Of a DNA stretch of 64,000 bases, positions 23,703-37,600 are shown in pieces (position 1 is the first letter of the stretch; each line of letters begins with the position of its first letter). The position numbers were made by a program, and so were the translations under genes. Under the pieces are notes generated by a model. That model was not told the origin of the DNA. It ran no database searches and saw nothing but the letters and a program-made list of their open reading frames with translations. This DNA comes from Okamejei kenojei (lineage: Eukaryota): the NCBI GenBank assembly GCA_035221665.1, contig CM069154.1, forward strand, positions 6,014,001-6,078,000. The letters are read 5' to 3'.

Positions 23703-26700
23703 TGTTTTATCCACAGTGACAAGGCCAGCACTTGTCTGCCTGTCGCTCAGCTCTGAGCTCTCAGATACAACCGCATCTCTCAAATAGCAATGAGAAAGAA
23801 GGGAACAGGAAGTCACATCGTGAACCACAGCGAGCCAGCAGCAGCTCGACACGATGTAGTGTGAAAGGCTCAGGGTTATATTTAGCAAATGGTTGGGCAG
23901 TTGTTCATAGAGTCATACAGCAGGAAACAGGCCCTTCTTCCCAAGAGTTAAATCAATATGCTCATCTAAGTTAGTCAAATTTGCCCACGCTCGATCCATA
24001 TCTCCCCAAACCTTCCCTATCCATGGGCCTGTCCAAATACCACATTGGTATTGCAGCTGCTTCAGCCACTTCGTCAAGTATGATGTATCCTAAGTATGGA
24101 GCGGCGGTTATCTGTGTACTAAGAGTATGTTAACACTGAACAGTGGCAGACAAAAAAAATGCAGGAGCAACTCTGCGGGCCAGGCAGCACATCTGGAGAA
24201 AATAGATAGGTGACGTTTCGGGTCTGGACCGTTCATGTAATCAATGATACGTTGGTTAAAATATGACATAAAGAAGAGTAGAAACGTCTAAAATGTGTGC
24301 ACGTCCTGATCATCACCTCTTGATGATTTTGTAAGTGGACCGGCAGATCAAAAATATAATTATTGGACTTTTGTTGTGGCATATTACTGGTGACAAGGGG
24401 CAAAACAAGAATTATCAGAGTTGTATTCATGTACATGTTGTACATCTGCATGCAACGATGTCATTCTGTAGGCAACTAGTTGCATTATAATATAACCTAA
24501 TATCTGCTGCGGGCTATCGTTCTGGGTTTGTTACTTTCAAGGGAACAGTACAGTTTATTCGGGTTGTGTACATCAGTGGCAATGTTGTGCATCACGTGGT
24601 ATGGGTGTAAAACACTGATGTGTCCGCCACTGATGTTAGCTTAGCGTTGGCGACCCTCAGTAAAGGATCTTCTGTCGGGAGCTATTTCCTGTTTACTTGC
24701 CCAACTAAAGACTCTGCAGAGAGGAACCGACGATGCAGCAAAACAATTTAATTCTGTCTTCATTCGCGTTTGACCCTTGACTTCTGCAAACACTTCTCAG
24801 CAAACAGTGTACAACGAGCTGCTCGCAAGTGCGTCTGAGATACGAATCTACACACCCTTGTTTCAGCAGCCCGAGCAAAGTGTCAGCACTGCCGAATAAT
24901 TCTGTGTAAAGAAAGAAATGACTGTTTGAACATATTAGATTAACGTACATTGCAAGCCAGCACCCACCTCTAAAAACAACAGTGGCATCGACCCGAAATG
25001 TCACCCATTCTGTTCCTTTAGTGAAGCTGCCCGTCCCGCATAGTTGCTGCAGTATTTTATGTCTATCTGTGGCATCTCTGACCGTTTACCTCTCACTATC
25101 CGTGAGGCAATTTGCGATGTCTTGCAGTGGGGGAAATGCTCCAATTCAAGATCATTCCTCATACTAGGCCATTAACAATCTCCATCTGAACGGGCCAGGC
25201 AGCATCAGTGTGACCTCAGAATCTGCAAGTATCTCTGGCTATTGAGCAGCACTCGGATATCTCAAACCTGGGGGTTTGTGGGTTCACATCAGCCCCTGGT
25301 CTCATTTCCTCATCTCCCAGTTTACTTTTGGATAATATTTATCTTTGACAGTGGGACATTTTACCCAAAGCAATCCTTGAATCTTTCCGAACTTTATGGT
25401 GGTTACTCGGTTATTGCAGGTCATCATTTTTTATTCGCAAACAACATCCTTGATAGCTATTTCATGGGCGGGGTTACAGTCACAAGTCAGACTGAGGAAA
25501 GCAACACAATGTATTTGCCATTTCACACCCCGCGCTTTGCAAGCTGCAACTCAACCATTTTGTTCGGCACAAGGCTAGACTTTCCAATAGTTTAGTTCAG
25601 TTTAGTTTAGGGATACAGCGTGGAAACAGGCCCTTCGGCCCACCGAGACCACACTGACCAGCAATCTCCGCACATTAACACTACCCTGCACACACTGGTG
25701 ACAATTTACATTTATCGCAAGGAGGCAACTCATGATCACCAATTACTGACGCCATTGCTGGAGCATGGCTAGAAGACTGGGAATGAGAGATTTACAATGG
25801 ATTCGGAGAAGACAGAGAAATAAGTCATGAGATGGATCTGTGAATCTAGTGAATACAGTGTAGGTAAACACAAATGCTGGAGAAACACAGCAGGAGAGGC
25901 AGCATCTCCGGAGAGAAGAAATGGACGACGTTTCGAGTCGAGACCTTTCTTCAGTCTGCGAATCACGGGAGAGGGAAACTGGAAGGATACAAAGAATAGT
26001 GTAATACCCGGGAAGAAAGAAAATGCAGCTGCAAGAAGATTATAATAAAATCCATATGGATAGATAGGAACGATACAAACGGATCCATTCTAATGGTGGA
26101 AGGGAGGTGGGACAATAAATATGGAAACAGATGAGGCCAATTAATAAAATAAATAAATAATGCTAATGCTTAATCTCACAGCCTCGATATTACTGGGATA
26201 AACGCGGTAGGTGTGTGGATGGAGGACCCGTGTTCGAAAAATCGGGCAAAATGTTGGTCATAACGCCGTGGTTTTATTAACGTTCTTATTTTCTAACGCA
26301 TGTATAACACAAGAGTGTGATAGAAATCCAGAATTGAATTATTTCTATTGTAATAAGATAAATAACACAGTGTTCCCACTTTCATGACTATATTGTGATT
26401 GAATATTCAGCGTTAATTTGTTTTTTAATGGTTTCAATGTTCAACGTCAGTTAACTCAGTTCGCTGTATTCGGTCCGATTCAAGACTGGTTTCTCACATT
26501 CTGCGCCAGCGAATTTTTGGTGCATGACCCATCAATGGCAAAGTGTTGCCACAAGTCAAATCAAGGGGGGGGGGGGTGTCTAAGCCCATAATTCATAAGG
26601 CATTTTCCTATCAGCACCACACCAGACCAAGTCACAGCAAAGCTAAACGGCAAGACTTGGGTTTGGCAACTATATTCATCTCACAGCATGGGATGAGGTT

Positions 26701-27102
26701 AGTGATGGGTTGGTTATTCTGAATACTGCCGGGAGCACTCTCTGAAAAGCAGCAAGTGGAGGATCTTGTTCTTATCATATACATAACATATACATAACAC
26801 AATGAGATGTAAACCCAGTGCGATTCCCCTTCTGATGAGTTAACTAATAACTGGTATGCACGTTATATACATATTATTAAATAATATTTAAGGGATAAAT
26901 TTGTATTTAGTGTCAGGCTTGAAACATGTACAAAAATTGATTATGATTCCTGAAATTTGGGTTCATTGGACCAAAGACCCAGAGAGAATCAAAGTATAGA
27001 AACAGACCATTTGGCCCTTCAGGTCTGTGCTGACAGTCATCTACATTCACACGAATCCTGTGTAAATCCCATATTTATTTTCCCCACATTCTCATCAACT
27101 AC

Positions 27103-27253
27103 NNNNNNNNNNNNNNNNNNNNNNNNNNNNNNNNNNNNNNNNNNNNNNNNNNNNNNNNNNNNNNNNNNNNNNNNNNNNNNNNNNNNNNNNNNNNNNNNNN
27201 NNNNNNNNNNNNNNNNNNNNNNNNNNNNNNNNNNNNNNNNNNNNNNNNNNNNN
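27103..27253. other. Assembly gap
   Basis: Run of N. Confidence 1.
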
Positions 27254-28302
27254 CACTGTCCACTGATTCAACCACTCTCCTGTACACACGGGGCAATTTA
27301 CAACGGGCAACATCTTTGAGAGCTGGGAGGAAACTGGAGCACTTTTCCCCCGCATTCCAAAGTCGTGCAGGATTGTAGGTTAATTGGCTTCTGTAAATTG
27401 TCCCGATGGAGCTAGTGCACTGGGATTGCTGGACGGTGTGTACTCAGTGGGCCGAAGAGCCTGTTTCCGCGCTGTATCCATAAACTAATTTTTAGGGTGG
27501 AATTTCACGAGATAAGTATTGCTTGGGATGAAACATTACATTTATGTGGAGGGGCTGTATAGGGGTTTTATACAATTCCATGCAGGACAGGTGAGGAAGG
27601 GGGAATCTATTACAGGTGTGCAAGATTGTGAACAGCACAGAGTATTTTTGGAAAATTTTGCATGACAGATATGTGTAAAAGTGGAGAACCTATGGTTAAG
27701 TTAAGAAGGAGGATGTTTCATGGGTGTCAAGTAATAGTGTTAAACCGTGTAGGTGGAGGTACCTGAATTGCCACAATGGACGAGGTACTGGTAAATGGGA
27801 TTAGTATCGATGGTACTGAATGGTCAACATTAACACAGTGGACCAAATGTGATACCGTCGTCTAGGAGTTAACTGTGGCCACATTTACTGATGATTTCTG
27901 TTCCCTTCCCATATTTTAGCGTCGGTCATGTGGAGATGATGGCGGGAAAATGAAAGTGCTTGGACTGTTGTCACTGCAACGTAGTTTAAAGGCGTGTAAT
28001 AATAAAAGGAAGTTCTAGCCGGGAAGCTGGCCTACACCAGCACTGGGAAATCTATTTCTGCAGCCCAGCAACCAAGTATTGACAAAGGAGCCATAATTCC
28101 ATCATTTTAATCTTGATAAGTTAATTAAATAACGTGCATGGATTTCAGGGCGTCGGGGGCTATGGGGAGAAGGCAGGAGAATGGGGTGAAGAAGGGAAGA
28201 TTCATCAGCCATGATGCAATGGTTTATTTCTGCTTCTATCACATGATCTTATAAACCACCCCATCCCCACTTCCCCTTCTCCTCATTCCCTCCACTACTT
28301 AC

Positions 28303-28617
28303 CAGTGCCGTTGATTCTCACTAGGAAACTGCAGGGCACGCCACTGCTGGCGATGGACACGTTGATTATTTCACTGGATTTTGATCCACGTTTATTTGAG
28401 GCTGTGCAATAATATTGATGGTGCTGGTGTTTGAAGTATTGACAATGTAGATCTAGGGCATTGTTGTCTGAGATATTTGACCATACCATTTAAGCATACC
28501 AGGTGTAGCTAATCGGAAGGGATCCCCGTAACGACTCCTAGGACACTGTCAATGAGCCCCCGAGACAGGAGTCATTGGCTGGTGACAGAAATCCAAGCAC
28601 AGGAACAGACACTGGTT
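28303..28617 (-). pseudogene. Pseudogene C: orphan C2-type Ig exon
   Basis: Splice sites intact, but the first domain Cys codon is TAG and a second stop follows (YTWYA*). No leader, V or TM exon remains in this unit. Confidence 0.85.
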
Positions 28618-29420
28618 CTGTGGGGATGGAGCAAACAGTCAGACAGTGAGTGAACATGTGAAAAGCAAACATTCTCCAATATCCACCATCTCTGTATCTT
28701 AGCAAGAGCCGTCAGGTTGAAATCTGACCCGCCCGTCTACATAGAATCATAGTGATACAGGCCCTTTGGTCTAACTTGCCCGCACTGACCAACACGCCCA
28801 ATCTACACTAGTTCCACCTGCTTGACCCTTAACCCTCTAAACTAAGCCCATTCATGTACCTTCCAAATTTCGCTTAAATGTTCAAGAGCCAAGAGTGTTT
28901 TATTGTCATTTGTCCCATATAGGGCTTACTTGCTGCAGTACAACAGAATATGTAATCATAATAAATAATATAACAAAAACTCAGTTAAAAAAAAAAACAA
29001 ACAATGTTGCGATAGTACCTGTCATAAGTACTTCCGTCGGCAGTTTGTTTCATATACCTATCAACATTTGTGTAAAAATGTTACTCCCCAGGTTCTTCTT
29101 AAATCATTCCCTCCTCGTCTTAAAACAATGTCCTCTGGTTCTCGATTCCCCTGCTTTGCGCAAAAGACTCTGTGAATTTAGCCGATCTATTCCTCGCATG
29201 GCTTGTTGCCTGCCATGAAATCATCCCTCAGCCTCCTGCGCGCCAAGAAATAATGTCCTAGTCTGCTCAACCCCTCCGGCCCTCGTCATCGCAACATCCT
29301 TGTAACCCTTCTCTGTGGCATATCCAACTTGACAGCATCTTTCTTATAACATGGTGATTAAAACAGACCATAAATCAGACAAATCATCAGACAAATCTTG
29401 AATTATATAGTACACTTCAG

Positions 29421-29663
29421 GAATTGGCCGCACGAAAACGGAGCATCGTTAATGCAAATCTGTCGGACATTTAAGGCAACAAGGAAGCTGCCCAATGGTC
29501 TAATCAAAATCAAACTATGTATGCATGAGTCCAATTATGATGGAAATCGACAGCGATACACTCCAATGCAGATGAGGACAATGTCAACCACTCAGATGTC
29601 ACATTTCAGTGCGACAGCCAAATTACCCGTCAGAATGCTCCTTCTCACAATTTACCAGATTGA
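29421..29663 (+). pseudogene. Antisense relic of an ITIM-type cytoplasmic exon (copy 1)
   Basis: cttcag|GAA start; ELAARKRSIVNANLSDI*GNKEAAQWSNQNQTMYA*VQL*WKST...EDNVNHSDV aligns by eye to the 61450-61767 exon. Confidence 0.6.
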
Positions 29664-29859
29664 TACTTCTCTGTGTCTCTCCATCCTCCCAGCTGCCAGA
29701 ACTACCATGTCTGCCACTGTACCAGTACACAGCAGCACCATCTGTCTTTGTTTTACATTTCCAACATCTGCAGTTTTTATTTAATCTTCCTTTAATCTGC
29801 AACTCTGCCACAAGTCTACGATACCAACATTCAAACACGCCATCGCTGCATTAGTATTT

Positions 29860-30245
29860 TCGGAAAGCAGATTGCGGTGGAGAGGGAAAGATGTGGCTAG
29901 TTGTTCGATCCCGTTGGAAGTGGCGAAAATGTCGGCGGATTACGTGATGTGTGCACATAGTAGCGTAGGCCAAGTTGTTCAGTGAAACGTTCGGTGAGTC
30001 CGGGCTTGGTCTCGCCGATATATAGGAATTCACACCTGGAACAACGGATATAGTAGATGAGGTTGGAGGAGATGCATGTGAACCTCTGCCCCACTCTGTA
30101 AGACTGTTGGAGTCCTTGGACGGAGTAGTGGGAAGAGATATAGGGACAGGTGTTGCATCTCCTGCAGTTGGAGGGGAAGGTACCTGGGGAGGGGGTAGTT
30201 TGGGTGGGAAAGGACGAGTTGACCAGGGAATTGCGGAGGGAGCGG
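29860..30245 (-). mobile_element. Penelope-like fragment
   Basis: CRRCNTCPY...QRFTCISSNLIYYIRCSRCEFLYIGETK (GIY-YIG). Confidence 0.8.
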
Positions 30246-32097
30246 TTATCTCTGTACTCAAAGTCTGTTAACACGGAAGAGCGGTGGACATAATGACAGA
30301 CCGAAAAAATGCAGGAGCCTCTCTGTGGGCCAGGCAACACCTCTGGATAAAATGGATAGGTGACGTTTCGGGTCGGGACCCCTCATGTAAACAATGATAC
30401 GTTGGATAAAATATGAAATTAGAAGAATAGAAACGTCTAAGATGTGTACACTTCCGGATCATTCCCTCTTGATGATTTTGTGAGTGTCCCGGCAGATCAA
30501 AAAGATAATCATTGGAACTTTTGTTTTGGCATATTACTGATGACAAGGGGCAAAACAGGAAGCTGCATAAGGCAGTAGGGGCTCTTCACCTGAAATCAGC
30601 TGAGGTTAATTGGAGTTTGACCCTCATCTCTCTGCTTCAACTGTTTAATTCAAATTTCAAACACCTTTGTGATGATATTCACGTTTTCAAAATTACAATC
30701 AATGTTGTAGTGGACTGTGAAGAAGTTTGTCTAGAATTAACACAGGAAGGAGATCAGCCGGGAAAGCGCGATGTGGAATGTAACTGACATGTGTAATGTA
30801 ACTCAACAAGGGCGAAGTGATACGCTTAGTGAAGTTAAATCAATGTGGAATATGGACGGTGAATTGAATTGTTAACTTGTCTTCTTTACAATGCAGAGCG
30901 AATAAATGATCAGAGCTGTGTTCATGTACATGTCATTTACTGACTTTGCACATCTGCTTGCAAAGATTAATTTCATTCTGTAGGCAACTAGCTGCATAAC
31001 CTAATATCTGCTGCGGGCTATCGTTATGGGTGTGTTACTTTCAGGGGAACAGTGCAGTTTATTCGGGTTGTGTGCATCAGTGGCAATGTTGTGCATCACG
31101 TGGTATGGGTGCAACACACTGATGTGTCCGCCACTGATGTTAGCTGATCGTTGGCGACCCTCAGTAAAGGATCTTTTGTTCGGGGCTATTTCTTGTTTAC
31201 TTGCCCAACTAAAAACACTGCAGAGAGGAACCGACGATACAGCAAAACAATTTAATTCTGTCTTCATTTGCCTTTAACCCATGACTTCTGCAAACACTTC
31301 TCAGCAAACAGTGTTACAACGAGCTGCTCGCAAGGTGCGGTTCAGAGATACGAATCTACACACCCTTGTTTCAGCAGCGCGAGCAAAGTGTCAGCACTGC
31401 AGAACAATTCAGTGAAAATAAATAAATGAGTGTTAGAACATATCAGATAGAAGTTCATTGCAAGCCAGCACCCACCACTAAAATCAACAGTGGCATCGAC
31501 CCGAAATCCTACGCATTCTTTCCCTCCAGTGATGCTGCCTATCCCGATGAGTTGCTCCAGCATTTTGTGCCTATATGTGGCATCTCAGACCGTTTATCTC
31601 TCACTATTTGTGAGGCACTCTGGGATATCTTGCAATGGGGAAATAATCCAACTCAAGATCATCCCTACAATTAGAACGTTAACAAACTCCATTTGAACGG
31701 GCCAGGCAGCATCATTGTGACCACAGAATCGGCAAGTATCTCTGGTTATTCAGCACTCCTCGGATATCTCTGGCCTGGGGGTTTGTGTGTTCAAAGAAGC
31801 TTCTGGTCTCGTCTCCTCGTCCCCCCGCTTACCGTGTGGACAATATTTATCTTTGTCAGTGGGACATTTACCCAAAGCAATCCTTGACTCTTTCCGAACT
31901 TTATGGTGGTTACTTCGTTTTTGCAGGTCACCATTTCTTATTTCCAAACAACATCCTTCATAGTTCTTTCATGGGCGGGGTTACAGTCACAAGTCAGACT
32001 GAGGAAAGCAACACAATGTATTTGCAGTTTCACACCCCGCGCTTTGCAAGCTGCAACTCAACCATTTTGTTCTGCACAAGAATAGACTTTCCACTAA

Positions 32098-32417
32098 TTT
32101 AGTTTAGTTTAGTTAATAGATACAACGAGGAAACAGACCCTTCGGCCCACCGAGTCCCACTGACCAGCAATCCCCGCACATTAACACTACCCCACACACA
32201 CTGGGGACAATTTACATTTATAGCAAGCCACTTAAGCTACGTACCTGTACGGCTTTGGAGTGTGGGAGGAAACGCAAGATCTCGAAGAAACCCCACGCGG
32301 TCTCGGTAGAACGTACAAACTCCGTACAGACAGCTCCCGTAGTCGGGATAGAACCCGGGTCTCCAGCGCTGCAAGAGCTGTTATGCAGCAACTCTACCGT
32401 TGTACCACCGTGGCCAC
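32098..32417 (-). mobile_element. tRNA-derived SINE (V-SINE/HE1-like)
   Basis: Same family and paralogous position as 6643-6940. Confidence 0.7.
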
Positions 32418-32826
32418 TAATTGTAGTCCTTTAACGCATTTGTACGGTGGAGAAAATGAATAACTCGTTGCAGCATTAAAATGTTTATAAATATTACGGT
32501 ACTCAAAATATGCGAAAATGGGATGATATAGAACCAGTGAGAAAGGGTTGATTGCTGGCTGACGCGGAGTCGCTGTGCCAAATGGTCTATATCCGTGCTG
32601 TATCATTCAATCACTTAATCAAAAAAATAGTTGTGCAAAAATACTGGAGTAACTCAGCGGGACAGGCAACATCACTGGATGAAAGGAATGGGTGCCGTTT
32701 CGGGTCCAGCCCCTTCTTCAGGGGAGAGGGAAATACTTGGATCAGGATCCGTGGTATGGAAACTGGACAAAGGGGATGGAGGTCAAAAAATGTAGAATAG
32801 ATCATTGTTAGCTGGGAAAAGGTAAC

Positions 32827-33697
32827 AAGTCAAGTCAAGTCAAGTTTATTCATCACATACACATACGGGATGTGCAGTGAAATGAAAAGTGGCAGTGCCT
32901 ACGGACTTTGTGCAAAAAACCAACACACTACAAACAGAATCACATGTTCTTTTTCATATTAAATATTGTGGGCGGTATTGTGGTACAGTAAGTTAGTAGA
33001 GTTAGTCCCTGGTGAGATAGGAGTTTACAGTCCGAATGGCCTCTGGGAAGAAACTCCTTCTCATCCTCTCCGTTCTCACAGCACGGCCACGGAGGCGTTT
33101 GCCTGACCGTAGCAGCTGGAACAGTCGGTTGCAGGGGTGGAAGGGGTCTCCCATTATCTTATTGGCTCTGGAGTTGCACCTCCTGATGTATAGTTCCTGC
33201 AGAGGGGCGAGAGAAGTTCCCATAGTGCGTTCGGCGGAACGCACTACTCTCTGCAGAGCCTTCCTGTCCTGGGCAGAACAATTCCCAAACCAGATTGTAA
33301 TATTTCCGGATAAGATGCTTTCCACAGCCGCAGAGTAGAAGCACTGGAGGATTCTCGGAGACACTCTGATTTTCCTCAATTGCCTTAGGTGGTAAAGGCG
33401 CTGCCTTGCCTTACTCACGAGCGCTGCAGCGTGCGATGTCCATGTCATATCCTCAGAGATGTGGACTCCCAGGTATTTAAAACAGCTCACCCTATCCACA
33501 GTATCCCCATTTATCCTCAATGGTGTGTACGTCCTCGGATGATGTGCCCTCCTAAAGTCCACGATCAGTTCCTGCGTTTTTTTGATGTTCAAGAGGAGAC
33601 TGTTCTCCTGACACCAGAGTGCCAGTTCAGCCACCTCCTCCCGGTAGGCCTTCCATCATTGTCTGAGATCAGGCCCACCACCGCGGTGTCATCAGAT
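32827..33697 (-). mobile_element. Rex1/Babar LINE 3' fragment inserted into a Penelope relic
   Basis: DDTAVVGLIS...WCQENSLLLNIKKTQELIVDFRR...FKYLGVHIS RT peptides; (cttga)n tail. Confidence 0.85.
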
Positions 33698-34631
33698 TGC
33701 AACAACATTGCAATTAGAGATAAAATGTAATCGGAGACTGTGAGACTGATCGGAGAACTGGGAGGGGGTGGGACTGGTATGGAAAGCAAGTGTCACTTGA
33801 AGTTAGAGAAGTCAATGTTCACACCGCTGTGGTGTAAGCTGTCCAAGTGAAATATGAGGAGCAGTTCCTCCAATTTGCGCTGGGACTCACTCTGACAATG
33901 GAGGATGCCCAGGAGAGAAATTACAATGCGGGAATGGGAGGAGGAGTTAAAGTGTTTAGCGACCGGGATATCAGGTAGGTTTAGGTGGACTGAGCGGAGG
34001 TGTTCAGCGAAACGATCGCATCTGTGGAGAAAAAATAAGTCTAATCGCCTGAACAATCTCGTTGCATACTTTTGTTCTGATGGGATAGCATGGTCTAAAA
34101 GATTAACTGATTGCCTTTCCTAAACCACTTTTAACGTTTGGCAACAGGAGGATTATCCAGCAGTCTGATTGCAGTCTGTTCTTCATCACTAATGTTGCAG
34201 TCTGAACAAAACAAATTAGACAAACCATTTATTGACAACAACCATTTTTTAAGAATCATTCTGTTGCATTATTATTCACTAATTTGTGAAATACATTTTT
34301 TTTTCCAGGAAGTTGAATGCATATGATATAGTTTAACAGAGCTATATCATATGCTCTGGAGCAGCAGAAACCATGCAGAGTTTAAAACCATAGATCGAAG
34401 CTAATGAAAGAAACCTTGGAAGAGGTGACAAAAATTATGGTGGTGCAAGCTAGGTGTCCTCAATGTAATTCGTGAGTCAAGTGGCGAGGTTCTGAATCAT
34501 CGCGTCTCTGCAAAAGACAATGTGAAGTCATCAAACTAGTGGGAATGACGCTTTATTTGACCTGACCACTCCCAATACCATGCTGTCTGGATTGGATGAT
34601 GGACCCCAACGAATCCACACTGGTCACATAA

Positions 34632-37600
34632 ATAGTAAGATTAAATGAGAACTTACCAGTTTGAAGTTTGATCTTTATTTTATGAGGAGTTACGATGAGG
34701 GATTACGTGAAGACCCCGCCAGGACGCATGCGCGACATTCTTCAAAGCAGTGGTGTGAAATCACAGATACCAGAGTAGACTAATATAGTAAGATAAGAGA
34801 ACTTCCATACCAGTTGAACTTTATAATAGAGGGTTTTGGGAGCGGAGGGCACGTAATCCCTCATCGTAACTCCTCATAAAATAAAGATCAAACTTCAAAC
34901 TGGTAAGTTCTCATTTAATCTTACTATTTTACTTCGGAGTCACGTGAGTGACTACGTGAAGATTTCAAAGCTCTGTGATTTCATGCCCTGGAACGAGACC
35001 ATGCTCACACACTGCCATTCTGGGACGGAGGATGAACGTATTTCACACACGACACTGTGCTGAAAAACAATAAAGGTATTATTCATACCTAAAATAATAT
35101 GCCCCACATTGGGTAATTTATTTTACAGAACTTAATTTTTCCCTGCAAAAGTCTCAGGATCGGCCACGGGTTTATTATAAAGCATTGAACCCCGCTGTGG
35201 CAAGGATGTGGTCCATAGGAACTCCCATCATCCTAGCGTCCGATGTAGATGCGGCCCTGTTGGAGTGAGATTTGAAACATTAGTATTCACCACTGCACGT
35301 AATACCACCCGAACCATCTGGATATGGTTTGCACTGTGACCTTAGGTGAGGGCATTTATGGCTAATGAGAAAGCTCTCTCCGTGCCCATAAGTGTCTTGG
35401 TGACTATATATTGGAAAGTATGTGTCACTATGCAGGGCCGACTATCTGCAGGATAGGCCAGAACTCTAATATTGGCCAAAGGAACCGGGTCAGTCTAGTT
35501 TAAGTACCCCTGTATGTAGCAGGTTATCTGCCATTTGTGACAGACATGACGTCCTATTCTACCTTGTGTAAGGACTGGACCCGTTGTGCTGATCCAAGTG
35601 CCATAATCATTCCCATCTAGGATATTAGTTTGTCCAGAGTGAGCCCCGATATTGGTGTCCATCCTCGTAACATGGTGTACTACCTATGTCCCATATATAG
35701 GTGTATCTGGACCTGGGGGGAAATAGAGTACAAATACCCCTCATTCGTTTAGGTACTAGTGGGTGTGATCCTATAGCCAGGTGATCACTCCCTCTGCCCA
35801 GATATTAGCTAGGGCACTCCTTGCACAATAATGGCACTGTAACTCAATCCTTCATCGAAATGAAGGGTGGCCAGAACTCCAGCACTTCAGTGTTGGTGGC
35901 TGAGTCATATGTATGTTTCGTCCTGGTGCTGAACACTTCCCATTTCCTGACATATGTCAGGTACTGTCTTCTCGTGGACTCCCTGTACGACGCTGAGATG
36001 GCATTGATCGTCCTGTCGGAGAGTCCGTATCCCAGAAATGGCCTGTTCAGAAACTGCAAATCAACAAGTTCATACAGTCATGGCACGGATACTTTCCCCG
36101 CACGGGGTGTGCCAACCTCCTTGGCCGTTGTTGATCCAGATGCAGGGTTCTGAGACCATCTTTGTACTGTTGGGAACCATGGTACCCGTTGCGGCGTCTT
36201 GTTTAATTATTGTAAGACTCGCCTGATGAGGCAGAAGGGGAAAATGCATAGCAAAAACAAATCCCCCCCCCCCCCCCCCCCTAATGCAGCGAGAAATCGT
36301 CCATCGCTGCCTGCCCCTGGGTCTGGTTTCCAAGCAACATATGTTGGTAGTTGGTGAATTAGTCTGGATGGAAAAAAAAGGTCGATATCTGGTGTCCCAT
36401 ACCGTCTATAATATCTGTACACAGTTTTCCGATCCAACATCCATTTAATGTTGTCGTTTGAATTTACGTGACCTGGTGTCCTGCCACTGTATTTTAGCTT
36501 ACCTGGAAGGTAAGTGGTTGAGATCCAAATCTCTCTCCCAGACACCAGTGCCAGATATTATTAGGCAATTCATCACATGATATCGACTTTATTTCACCCA
36601 TATGATTATATAGGCCCCCAGTGTGGTATCAATCTGTACCGTACATTTCAACTGGTGCTCATCTGAGCAGTAGGCCCTGAGTCCATGAAACGCTCCCAGC
36701 ATTTCTAGATAATTAATTCCTAGTGCTTTAAACAGAATAACTTTTGTGCACTCATCTGCCACCACAACTTGCGGTGGTATTAGTTGCTCCCCAACCTTTA
36801 GCACTGGCATCAGTCTGTAATGGTACCCTAGGGATATAGAATGGGGTGATGGGGGTTAGGATAATATGGAACATTTCTATCCACCATTTAATTCTAATTT
36901 ACTTTCCCTGGTAGTTGCATAGGCCTATTGAAATGGCCTGTATGATTTTTGAGAGCTAAAATTTCCCTCTTCCAGGTTTTATAATGAGTGGTCCAATTGT
37001 GCTGCTGGGAACGCAGCCACCAATTCCCAATCACTCTTGCTCCTTGCCGAATGGATGGTTCCCTGATGCCAGTGAGGCTTTTGCATACTCCCATCAAGTC
37101 TGTCACTTTTGTTTGGTGGCAAGGTGATAGACATATGAACAGAGTCAATAGTGAACCCCAAATAATCCATGGTAGTGGAGGGTTCCAATTTTGATTTATC
37201 TGGATGTACGTTAAACCTCTCTGTTGTGGCTGATACCACCAATGTAGCCAGCTCCAATTTCACCTACAAATGAGAATATCATCAAGGTAAGCCATGACGA
37301 TATGGGTATGTTTCTTTAAGTATGCTAAAGCTGGTTTTTAATAAATTTGTAATAGCCTGGGTGCTGATTACAACCCATTGATTAAGGCCTACTGCCATTG
37401 CTGTCCCATCCAGATAAATTTCAGGTATTTACGATGACCCTGTGTGTGACAAACGTGTCTATTTTGAAATGGGCATACTGAACGGAAGTATTTAGTTCGG
37501 TCAAATCTGTAATGATACGGCAACCACCATCTTTTAGTTTTTTATAAATATTTTTGATACGAACTCTTGAAATTCTCTGATTGTTTTCTCAATCCCTTTT

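Noticed and set aside
26957-27355. ORFs containing X runs
   Set aside because: Artefacts of the N gap.
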